The notes beneath the pieces were generated by a model. That model did no database searches, was not told where the DNA came from, and saw only the letters and a program-made list of their open reading frames with translations. From an uncultured Rhodobacter sp. (GTDB taxonomy: Bacteria > Pseudomonadota > Alphaproteobacteria > Rhodobacterales > Rhodobacteraceae): DNA of 64,000 nucleotides. The translations under genes and the position numbers were made by a program. Positions within the stretch are counted from its first letter, which is position 1. Each line of letters starts with the position of its first letter. The stretch spans positions 748,059 through 812,058 of the forward strand of contig OZ241336.1 in NCBI GenBank assembly GCA_965200115.1, written 5' to 3'. Shown piece by piece: positions 9,491-17,744 of this stretch.

Positions 9491-10115
9491 CCCACTCCCG
9501 GGCATCCAGCCATGCCCCGATTCTCTCCAGGGTCTCGTCCATCTCTCTTCGCGAATGCGCGGGAAGCCTCCGGAAAAACAGCTCGGACACTCTCTGCTTG
9601 TTGCCATTCGGAAGTCTTTGCAGGCCTATCACCCACCTGAAGATGGCGCCCTTTTCCAGGTTCCCGCGCTGGACGTCATTCAGGTCGGAAACGGGAAACC
9701 GCGCTTCCTCTGTCGGCAGGATCTCGCCCGTGGTCACGTTGCATAGACGTGCGACGAACCCGTCGCCCTCTATGCTTTCCACGCTCCCCTCCCATTCCAT
9801 TATCGGAGTCAGGGACCGTACTCCCGAATTCACGGGCGTCTTTCGGGCCGCGCGAACCTCCCATGACCTGACCAAGTCATCGATCGGGTCATCCCTCCCC
9901 TTTTGATTGCTGGAAGAGCGATGGTCGGCCGTGCTATCGGGTTCATCGGTAGCCGCATTGTGCCTCTCAACGCCCTCGAAGCGACGCGACGCGCGTTGAT
10001 AGTCTTCAATGTAGCTTACCCCTGCATCCCGGTCACCAGCCCTTTCGCCAGAGTAGGCGGTCTTCTCGTACCTGCTGTCAAGGATGTCTTGCTCGGTCAA
10101 AGAGTGAAGCGCCAT
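9471..10115 (-). CDS. Hypothetical protein (acidic, disordered N-half and a beta-rich C-half)
   Basis: The internal ATG (MALHSLTEQ...) lies 1 nt after the stop of 10117..10812. The upstream extension of ORF 9471..10334 overlaps that gene and is rejected. No family recognised. Confidence 0.6.
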   Translation of the reverse strand: MALHSLTEQDILDSRYEKTAYSGERAGDRDAGVSYIEDYQRASRRFEGVERHNAATDEPDSTADHRSSSNQKGRDDPIDDLVRSWEVRAARKTPVNSGVRSLTPIMEWEGSVESIEGDGFVARLCNVTTGEILPTEEARFPVSDLNDVQRGNLEKGAIFRWVIGLQRLPNGNKQRVSELFFRRLPAHSRREMDETLERIGAWLDAREWDDTPSR

Positions 10116-10116
10116 G

Positions 10117-10812
10117 CTAGAAACGTTCCATGATTGCGTTGATGATCGAGTCAGCCTCGGAAACACGGAGATCAAAGGAGTCCGCCAAAATCTCAACGGC
10201 CGGGCGGGCGCCGTTGCCCTGATCGCAGTCCGATAGCGTATGATGGTGGTTGACTTCCATGAATATTCCCGTGTTCCCGGACAACCTGATCGATGGCTCG
10301 ATCTTGGCATTTGTGTTGAGGGAAAACGCTTCAAGGCATTTCTGTCGCCGCATCGTGAGGCTTAGCAGGCCGCCGATTTGAGATGGGTCGTCAGATTCCA
10401 TCCCTGAACCAAATTCACCCCAGGGTTCGATGGGTGCGAGTTCGCGTCCGATCTTGGTCCTTGCCTCTATGCTTGAAACGTTGAAGTGCACCGTCCTGTT
10501 GATCCCGAACCCGCGGATCGGGGTGTGAACGAGAATTTCGTCGAAGATCTGCCTGATGATGTCGGCGACGGCGACCCAGGGCGCCGTGCTGGTCTCCAGC
10601 GTAAAGCGATCAGGCATGACGGTGTAGGTTCGGGTGTCAATGCGGAATGACGAGATTTCCCGAGTGACGATCCGGATGTCCGTGATCGCATCTGAAATGT
10701 CGCTCTCGGCGCCGGCCGCGTGAAGCCATGACGGGTGAACGATCGCCGGATTGAAGTCACCCAGCATCACCACCGAACAGCCGGAAATCTCCGGCTCAAT
10801 GCTAAGCGCCAT
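10117..10812 (-). CDS. Hypothetical protein (possibly TIGR04255-like, unverified)
   Basis: 231-aa ORF with a GGAGG RBS 7 nt before the ATG and a TTGACA hexamer about 50 nt upstream. First gene of a three-gene coupled unit. Confidence 0.6.
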   Translation of the reverse strand: MALSIEPEISGCSVVMLGDFNPAIVHPSWLHAAGAESDISDAITDIRIVTREISSFRIDTRTYTVMPDRFTLETSTAPWVAVADIIRQIFDEILVHTPIRGFGINRTVHFNVSSIEARTKIGRELAPIEPWGEFGSGMESDDPSQIGGLLSLTMRRQKCLEAFSLNTNAKIEPSIRLSGNTGIFMEVNHHHTLSDCDQGNGARPAVEILADSFDLRVSEADSIINAIMERF

Positions 10813-11204
10813 GGATTGCCTCCGTATCTGCCGTCAGCGTGTGCATCCCGCGGTCAAGTTGTCAACAAGTCAGGGTGTGCCGGTGAAATCCGGGGGCGCC
10901 ATCAACGGTTCCCGGGAGCCAACAAACAGGCATTCGATTTCTGGCTAGCCCTTAAGGAAAGCCGACTTCAAACACTCCACGACTTTCTTCCCGCTTCCTG
11001 ATCTCCGCAACATCCTGCCCGATAGCGTTATCCCCCGTCCTCTTCATTCCCTAGGCTTTCCCCGAAAGCGGCGTTCGGACCCGTCTTCCCCAATCGCATT
11101 GGTACCGCAGAGTTTCAACCCCGTATCCGTCCATGCGCTGTCACGCCCTCTCATCGGGCCCGGTTTTCCTGCCCACCGCCGATACGGCCCGCCGCCTCGA
11201 CGCA

Positions 11205-11428
11205 TTTCCGTGTCGATCTGTCCCGCCGGAGCCGCGCCGGATGGCGGCCCCCCTGGCTCCGGCGCGGGCGGGGAACGTCCATCTACCTGATACATAACGT
11301 TTTTCCCGAAAGCGCGTAATCGCGGATTATGACCCGTCCCACGCGCGCCCGGAGACCGATTCGCGGGGCGTTGGCGAGGCGCCACGGCCCGCGGGGGAGG
11401 TCCCAACGCAACAGTAGGAGAAAACGCT
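11205..11428 (+). promoter_or_regulatory. Conserved porin upstream module, copy 3 (palindrome 11317-11329; leader stem 11362-11393)
   Basis: Same block as copies 1, 2 and 4. The distal motif CCCGAAAGCGGCG reappears at about 11058, separated by an insertion of about 140 bp. Confidence 0.6.
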
Positions 11429-12652
11429 ATGAAGAGAGTACTTCTGGCCAGTACCGCGCTCTGCCTGGGCGCGGGAACGGCGGTCGCCCAGGACATGGGC
11501 ATGGACGGGCCGTCGCTCGCCCTGAGCGGCTTCGCCGAGATGGGCGTCGCCGGGTCCAAGGACGACGAGGCGCGGTTCCACACGGACATCGACGTGACGT
11601 TCAAGGCCACCGGCGTGACGGACGCCGGGGTCATGTGGAGCGCGGACGTCGACCTTGACGAGGGCGGGGCCGGCGCGCCCGCCGTCGCCGACGACGAGGA
11701 CGACGGCGGCGCGACGGTCTCGATCAGCCAGCCGGCGGGCTTCGGCACCATCACGATGGGAGACACGGCGGGCACGATCGCGTGGGCGGTCTCCGACGCG
11801 CGGGGCGCGGGTCCGGCGTCCATCCGCGACAACCACGAGCACGGCGGCTCCAGCGGCAACGACGGGCTGGACGCGCGGCACGACAACCAGATCCTGCGCT
11901 GGAACCGCGCCATAGGCTCCGGCTTCAGCATGGCCGCCTCCATCGAGATAGACGACGACGCGGACGGAACGCCGAACACCAACACCTTCGACCCGATCCT
12001 CGGCGTCGGCGGCACGTATTCCATGGGAATGGGCGTCGGCACCCTGGGCCTCGGCGCGGGCTTCCAGATGGGCAGCTACGACCACGAGATCAAGGCGCCG
12101 CAGGTGAACTCGGCCCGCATGGCGGGAACGGAGAACGCCGCGACGTCCATCTGGAACAAGGAAGAGGTTGACGCCACCGCGTTCGGCGCGAGCGTCTCGC
12201 TCGACTTCGCCAACGGCGGCGACGGGATCAAGGTGATCGGCGACGCGGGCATCCTGGAGGCCGACGGCAGCCGCCTCGCCGGCACTCCCAGCGTCGTCAC
12301 GCACGTCGCCGACGTGCAGATGACGCACCTTGGCCTTGGCCTCGGCTACACGGTCGGCGCGATCTCGATCGGCGTGAACGTCGGAACGAAGAACCACGAG
12401 GAAATGGTCGACTCGACGCCCGCCGTCGCCGGCGGCGTCACCAAGGTCGAGACGACCGTCAACGGCGTCGGCTTCAGCGCGGCCTACAAGCTGGGCGGAG
12501 GCGCGGAGCTGCAGTTCGGCGTCGGAAGCCACGAGACCGAGTACGACTGGACGGTTGACGGCGACGCCACCCTCTCGGGGGGGACCGCCGCCGGCTACGA
12601 CCATTCCACCGACACGAACTCATGGTCGCTCGGCCTGAAGTTCGCGTTCTGA
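11429..12652 (+). CDS. Outer-membrane general porin (paralog 3)
   Basis: MKRVLLASTALCLGAGTAVAQ signal peptide. C-terminal SWSLGLKFAF. Confidence 0.85.
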   Translation: MKRVLLASTALCLGAGTAVAQDMGMDGPSLALSGFAEMGVAGSKDDEARFHTDIDVTFKATGVTDAGVMWSADVDLDEGGAGAPAVADDEDDGGATVSISQPAGFGTITMGDTAGTIAWAVSDARGAGPASIRDNHEHGGSSGNDGLDARHDNQILRWNRAIGSGFSMAASIEIDDDADGTPNTNTFDPILGVGGTYSMGMGVGTLGLGAGFQMGSYDHEIKAPQVNSARMAGTENAATSIWNKEEVDATAFGASVSLDFANGGDGIKVIGDAGILEADGSRLAGTPSVVTHVADVQMTHLGLGLGYTVGAISIGVNVGTKNHEEMVDSTPAVAGGVTKVETTVNGVGFSAAYKLGGGAELQFGVGSHETEYDWTVDGDATLSGGTAAGYDHSTDTNSWSLGLKFAF

Positions 12653-12677
12653 AACACTGCGAGAGAGGATAGAAAAG

Positions 12678-14024
12678 ATGAGAATATCCAAATTCATGCT
12701 ACCGGCGGTTATGGTGGCGGGTGCGCTCGCCCTGGCCGGCTGCGGCGGGGGGAGCTCGACTCCGGCCAGCGATCCCGGCGGAAACGACGACGGCGAGGAA
12801 GGCGACATGATGCCACCTGCAAACAATAATGGTGGCTTCTCGGAAGTTATAGTCAGCGGAGGGTTCACCTATGCTGATCGAGTTCAGGGCGAAAACGGTT
12901 CGATCAAAGCCGGGGAAAAAGTGTACCTTGGCGAGGTAGGAACCGGAGCCGTGATCTCTTGCCCGGATACCGCGACAAATGGCTGCCGTTGGAGGTACGA
13001 AAACGGACAACTATACGCGACCGGCGGAGCGATGGGCGATCCCTGGGAAACTCCGGCTGCGCCGAAAGTAGGTGGAGCCACGGCAACCAGCGGCGAAACC
13101 AACCTGAACTGGCTGTCGCAGGATGCGCTTGTCAACGCCATACGGCCGGATAGGTCAGTCGAACTTCAGAGAAGAGCGGCCGGAAGGACCGTGCGGCACT
13201 CATTGGGAGGCGCAGGCACACAATGGGTAGCGCCAGCGCGTGGCGTAGACGGCGATACCGCGACCGCCAACACTTTTGAACGAGAGCTCACGATTGACGA
13301 GACCGAGGATCCAACCGCCGACGCACTCGAAGGCCTCGACACCAACATAAGGCTGGTCCACACCCGCGGTCGGACCGCCAGCGGTACTCCTCTTATACAA
13401 GACGCCGACAGGCCCGATGACTATCTCGTTTACGGCACGTGGGAAACGACCGCCCGCTCCGGACTTGATCCAAAGGGATATCCGAAAGCCGATGTCATGT
13501 GGGCGGGAAGCATTCCCTACACTCAGAGGCTGCGCTTCAGCACCGGCACCGCGAGGTATACTGGCACCGCTTTGGGCCACTATAGAAACAACAACAGTGG
13601 CGCTCCCGGCGGTGCATGGACTGAATGGGAAGGAAACGTGCGGCTGGACGCGGATTTCGCGACAGACAGAGTTGAGGGTATGGTATGGACCGGCATTGCA
13701 GATAGCATAACCGGTGCGGATCGTCCTAATCTCGGAACGATTAACCTGAGAATAACCGATCTCGTAGAAAACGTTGATGGAACCGCGAAGATCGCTGGCA
13801 GCACCGGCGGCGGATCGTGGCAGGCGAACTTCTACGGTACGCGGGCGATCCAAGGACAGCCAAGTGGCGTAGCGGGTGGGTTCAAGGCCGATAGACCCTT
13901 CACCATCGTTCTAGGCGGCGATGACGGAACTACCTATGTAAGCGGGCACTCCGGGGCTACGGTCCAGGGCGCGTTCGGCGCTCACAATACGGGGTGCGTC
14001 CCCGGGGGAACCTGCACGGAGTAG
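12678..14024 (+). CDS. Long lipoprotein with TbpB/fHbp-like C-terminal beta-barrel domain
   Basis: MRISKFMLPAVMVAGALALAGCGGGSS lipobox. C-terminal ARYTGTALGHY, VRLDADFATDRVEG, WQANFYG, GVAGGF, VQGAFGA. Confidence 0.85.
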   Translation: MRISKFMLPAVMVAGALALAGCGGGSSTPASDPGGNDDGEEGDMMPPANNNGGFSEVIVSGGFTYADRVQGENGSIKAGEKVYLGEVGTGAVISCPDTATNGCRWRYENGQLYATGGAMGDPWETPAAPKVGGATATSGETNLNWLSQDALVNAIRPDRSVELQRRAAGRTVRHSLGGAGTQWVAPARGVDGDTATANTFERELTIDETEDPTADALEGLDTNIRLVHTRGRTASGTPLIQDADRPDDYLVYGTWETTARSGLDPKGYPKADVMWAGSIPYTQRLRFSTGTARYTGTALGHYRNNNSGAPGGAWTEWEGNVRLDADFATDRVEGMVWTGIADSITGADRPNLGTINLRITDLVENVDGTAKIAGSTGGGSWQANFYGTRAIQGQPSGVAGGFKADRPFTIVLGGDDGTTYVSGHSGATVQGAFGAHNTGCVPGGTCTE

Positions 14025-14067
14025 CGAAAGTTAACGAACGTCCTTAACAAACCAACCCAAATCACGA

Positions 14068-14092
14068 CCCCCGGCGGCGCGTTCGCCGGGGG
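14068..14092 (+). terminator. Terminator hairpin CCCCCGGCG-7nt-CGCCGGGGG followed by TTTCC
   Basis: Same arms as the hairpin at 3208-3233. It lies 44 nt after the stop at 14024. Confidence 0.6.
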
Positions 14093-14524
14093 TTTCCATT
14101 CCAGGCGGACCGTTGGCTTTCCGAGACGCGTTCCTCGCGGGTTCCGAGCCCATAATGGAGCAGTGCGCGAACAAGTATCCGGTCACGTATATAGACAGTT
14201 CTCCGGGAACACCGGAAGTCACGGCGGAGAATGTAACCGGCATGGGTTCATCTAGCGATTCCCGCCTGTTTGAGGCGGCGGGAGAGATTACCGGCCCGGA
14301 CGTCATAGGGTGAGGACGGTGCGGGAACCGGTGCGAGGTCACCGGTCTTTGCCGCGCCGTCAATCACTGCGCGATCATGGTTTGGTGCCATACTTGGGAG
14401 CGTCATGGCGCCATTGGGGCGGTCAGGCACCGCCTGTCCGGCCGGATTGGCCCCGTCCGCCGTGCGGCGGCGGGTGCGGCCGGAAACGCGGCGTAGAGCG
14501 CGCCGGCGAGCCGGCGCGGGACTC

Positions 14525-14540
14525 GGGGGGGGGGGGGGGG
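14525..14540. repeat. Homopolymer G16 (C16 on the minus strand)
   Basis: Counted directly in actcGGGGGGGGGGGGGGGGagac. Intergenic, 81 nt downstream of the stop of the minus-strand lipoprotein 14621..15556. Confidence 0.95.
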
Positions 14541-14620
14541 AGACGGACGGGACGTTCTTCACCCGGTGGGATGCCGCGGAGCGCCCGCGGAGGAGGATCT
14601 GGCCAGGCCGGCGGCGGACG

Positions 14621-15556
14621 TCAGTCGGATATGCCCCGCCTGGCCCCGAACGCGCCCACGATGTTTTGCTGCTCGAAGATCCCGGCGGTCTCCGCGTGGG
14701 CCGGCCCCGCGAAGCCGCCCTGTATGCGGTTTCCGGCCCCGCGGCCCGCCGCATAGGTTCCGTCGGCCGCGACGGGAACGTTTAGGAAACGCACTTCGGA
14801 AACCGGGTGCGGCGCGTTGCGGTCGAGATCCACGATGCCGGTGAAGTCCGCGGCCAGCGTCTGGTTTCCGAAACGGTAGTTCAGCTCCGCGTCGCCCTGC
14901 AAAACGTTTCCGCGCCGGTCGCCGCGGGCCGGCGTTCCGACCATCAGCCCGCGCCATTTCGCGCTAGCCGCGGGCCGCGATCCCGTGAGGTCGCTGCCGG
15001 CGGCGGCGACACGGACGGTCAGGGTCACGCCACCGTCCGGCGTCTCGATCGCCCCAAAGCCGTCTTCCACCTGGAACGCGCCGTGATCCAGCCAGCCTCC
15101 GTAGGAACGGCCATTGAAACCGCCGGAACGGCCCCGCGTCTCGATCAGGGTGACGCCGTTCTTCGTCAGGACGGCCCGCGAGCGCCCGGTTCCCGGATCG
15201 GCGGTCCGGAGATCCTCAAGCGTGATCGTGTCCGAGAAACCGCTTTGGGGTTCCGTGAGCGTACAGCGCGTTCCCCGGCAATTCGTGGCGGTGATAAAGT
15301 CCTCTCCCTCGATTTCCGCGTAATAGGTCGAGGCGACGAGCGAATCGATCCGGTCGGATATCGCGGCCGACCGCGCGGTCTGGCCGGCGACCGTCTCCCC
15401 GGGTGGCGCGGATCCCGTCAGGACGCGGGCGCGGTCCGGGGAGAAAGACCCGGGCGACGGTCCGTCCGGTCCACCGCCGCCGCAGGCCGCGAGAAAGGCG
15501 AGTCCGGCGGCGGCCAGGGCCTTCGCTCCGTACCGGGTTTCGGTCGGGTAGTTCAT
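14621..15556 (-). CDS. Short lipoprotein with TbpB/fHbp-like C-terminal beta-barrel domain
   Basis: Internal ATG (MNYPTETRYGAKALAAAGLAFLAACGGGG). C-terminal AKWRGLMVG, GDAELNYRF, LAADFTG, IQGGFAGPAHAETAGIF, VGAFGARR. Confidence 0.8.
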   Translation of the reverse strand: MNYPTETRYGAKALAAAGLAFLAACGGGGPDGPSPGSFSPDRARVLTGSAPPGETVAGQTARSAAISDRIDSLVASTYYAEIEGEDFITATNCRGTRCTLTEPQSGFSDTITLEDLRTADPGTGRSRAVLTKNGVTLIETRGRSGGFNGRSYGGWLDHGAFQVEDGFGAIETPDGGVTLTVRVAAAGSDLTGSRPAASAKWRGLMVGTPARGDRRGNVLQGDAELNYRFGNQTLAADFTGIVDLDRNAPHPVSEVRFLNVPVAADGTYAAGRGAGNRIQGGFAGPAHAETAGIFEQQNIVGAFGARRGISD

Positions 15557-15895
15557 GGTTCGGTTTCCTTCGCTTCGTGAACCGGCGGCGGGAGCGTATC
15601 CCGCCCCGAGACGGCGGGGCAACCCCCCGCGCCGCTGGCGGGCGCGCCCTGTCCCTTCGTCGGGAAATGCCCTAGACCGCCCTCGCGGGGCGGCGCTGGC
15701 TGATGCGGTTGTTTCCCGCTTCCCCTCAATCCCGCCGCTCCCGCCATGACGCCAGCGAGGCCGCCGCGCCTCCCGGCCGCGGGAACCGCCCGTGCGTGCG
15801 CGATGCCGGTTTTCGGGGGGTGTTGGGGCGTCCGAAGCGCGGAAGCCGCTCCAGGGGCCTTTCAGCGGGCCGTGCCGGGCGGCCCATAGGTTCCG

Positions 15896-16077
15896 TCAGG
15901 CGTCTTCCGCCGCGTGTTTCAGGATGTCCGCGCGGATCACGTTCCGCAGCATTTCCCCCCCTTCCATCCCCAGACGACTATCGCCTGGCCCTTGGCGTCG
16001 ATACTATTCACGGTCATTTGCGGCCCGCCGGACTTCAGTTTCACCACGTCACCGGCCTTGATCGGTTGGTCCGCCAT
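15896..16077 (-). pseudogene. Small DUF2158-like gene interrupted at a C7/G7 homopolymer
   Basis: My own translation gives MADQPIKAGDVVKLKSGGPQMTVNSIDAKGQAIVVWGWKGG, then a stop at 15937. One extra G in the run at 15955-15961 would restore ...EMLRNVIRADILKHAAEDA, ending at 15896. The span is 182 nt, not a multiple of 3. Confidence 0.5.
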
Positions 16078-16139
16078 CGTTCGCTTCCTTTCGCGTGCGG
16101 GGGTAAGAGGGCAAGGGCGATCCGTAGACCGCCCCCGAC

Positions 16140-16159
16140 GCGCCCGCCGGAGCGGACGC
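16140..16159 (-). terminator. Conserved 3' hairpin after the long lipoprotein (GCGUCCGC-UCCG-GCGGGCGC on the minus-strand RNA)
   Basis: The block 16122-16168 matches 5159-5205. Confidence 0.45.
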
Positions 16160-16181
16160 GGTGTCTGTTTTGGACAAGAGA

Positions 16182-17717
16182 TCAGTTGGCCGGATCCTCG
16201 TCAGCCCCGAACGCACCCCTCATCCTATGGGTGTTTTCGTATCTCGCCTCAAAGTGGCCCGCCACGGATTCCGGAAGGTTCGGCCTGTCAAGCGTGTTCT
16301 CTTGATAGAGGCCGCCATGCCAGTAACCGTTGGGATCGTCTTTTTCCGTCCCGATGGTCCATGTCGTTTCGGAACGGATGAGTGGTGAAGCATTCTCATC
16401 ACTGCCCGGCTTTATGAAACTGCCGTCAGTGTGTATGCTGGCTTTCATAAGACCGACTTTCCAGTTCTTTGACTGTCCGTCAGCCATGAAGCCTTCAAGC
16501 GTTCCCTCTATCGTTCCGCCTTCATTATTCGCACCGAAATCAGCCGTCAGGGTCGCGGTCGCGGTGAAGTCGCCCGCCTCGTTGTCGGCATTTCCGCTTC
16601 CACGGCTGATAGCGTACTGCCCCGCGGCACCGCCCTTGTAGGTGGCCTTTCCGACTAGTTGCACGGCGGTTGGATTAGTATTTTCATCAGTCCCAGTGTC
16701 GCTCACTACATTTGCGCCTGTCGGGTCAACGAAGTTGGCTAGGTTCCCCCAATCATCACTGGAATCTTCTTCAGGCCGTTCCGTCCAGTAGCCAAAGCGG
16801 ATGAACGAACCGTCTTCCGTCATCGCCATAGCGTTTCTGGCCGGAATGAACCGCCAATCGCCGCCAGCGGGCCTTCCATTCAACGAAGTACAGGCTTGGT
16901 CGAAGTTACAGGCAAAGGTACCTTGCGCGCCGTCCAGCGTACCGGCAACGGTTGCGGTATGCGTTACGTTGCGATTTCCGGTCGGGAAGCCCGTGATTTT
17001 TAGCGTTCCGAAATTGTCGTCAAGAACATGGGCGGGAACGCCAGCAACAGCGGCTACAATGTTATCCGCGTGCTTCGTTGCGAAAGGCGTTGCCGTAGGA
17101 GCGGCCTGGTTGTGGTAGATGACGGCGCGGTGCCTGTCGTCATCGTCGTCCTTGGCGTATTCCGCCCCCTTCCAGCCGGTGATGGCGCGAACGACAGCGT
17201 TCGTCTTTTCAAGAGTGACAGTGTTGCCGTCAGTGCCCCCTGAATCTGTACCATTGTAATCGAGGGTCCCTGTCACTTTGTCAGCGGTATCGAAATCAAG
17301 GGATCCGACTGAGGCCCTGTCGTTTCGAAGGGCGCTCCATGTCCGTTCCAGTTCGAGTGCCGCTGCGGCTGCGTCAGCGTCGGTCGTGTCGGGATAGCAT
17401 ACGCCGTCGCGCTCCACAGTACCTGTACCGCAGGTGCGCGGGTTTTCGGGCGTCGTTATGACGAAGCCCGCCGTCCTGAGCTGCGCCGGGGTCTCCTGGA
17501 CCTCGCCGTCAGCATCACGCGTATATTCGCACCCGTCATCTGCATCGCAGGTGTACCGGTTGGTGTCGTCGCCAAAGTACGCGCCTTTCACGAGCTTTAT
17601 TGTTACGGGATCCGGGTCGGTATCCACCGCCGGGCCGTCACTCCCCCCGCCGCAACCGGCCAGGGCGAGAGCGCCCGCCAGCGTGACGGCGGGCATCAAT
17701 AGTCTGGATATTCTCAT
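16182..17717 (-). CDS. Long lipoprotein with TbpB/fHbp-like C-terminal beta-barrel domain
   Basis: MRISRLLMPAVTLAGALALAGCGGGSDG lipobox. C-terminal ATYKGGAAGQYA, FTATATLTADFG, IEGTLEGF, VAGHFEA, MRGAFGAD. Confidence 0.85.
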   Translation of the reverse strand: MRISRLLMPAVTLAGALALAGCGGGSDGPAVDTDPDPVTIKLVKGAYFGDDTNRYTCDADDGCEYTRDADGEVQETPAQLRTAGFVITTPENPRTCGTGTVERDGVCYPDTTDADAAAAALELERTWSALRNDRASVGSLDFDTADKVTGTLDYNGTDSGGTDGNTVTLEKTNAVVRAITGWKGAEYAKDDDDDRHRAVIYHNQAAPTATPFATKHADNIVAAVAGVPAHVLDDNFGTLKITGFPTGNRNVTHTATVAGTLDGAQGTFACNFDQACTSLNGRPAGGDWRFIPARNAMAMTEDGSFIRFGYWTERPEEDSSDDWGNLANFVDPTGANVVSDTGTDENTNPTAVQLVGKATYKGGAAGQYAISRGSGNADNEAGDFTATATLTADFGANNEGGTIEGTLEGFMADGQSKNWKVGLMKASIHTDGSFIKPGSDENASPLIRSETTWTIGTEKDDPNGYWHGGLYQENTLDRPNLPESVAGHFEARYENTHRMRGAFGADEDPAN

Positions 17718-17744
17718 ATCTGGTTTTCCTTTCGTGTCCGGGGA

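Noticed and set aside
11327-12604. 425-aa (and the 11044..12042 332-aa) minus-strand ORFs
   Set aside because: They are antisense to porin 3 and run through its conserved promoter module. The composition is an artefact.
14248-14756. ORFs on both strands crossing the G16 tract (poly-Pro / poly-Gly translations)
   Set aside because: No start context, no conserved motifs and extreme Arg/Pro/Gly composition. The tract is treated as intergenic.
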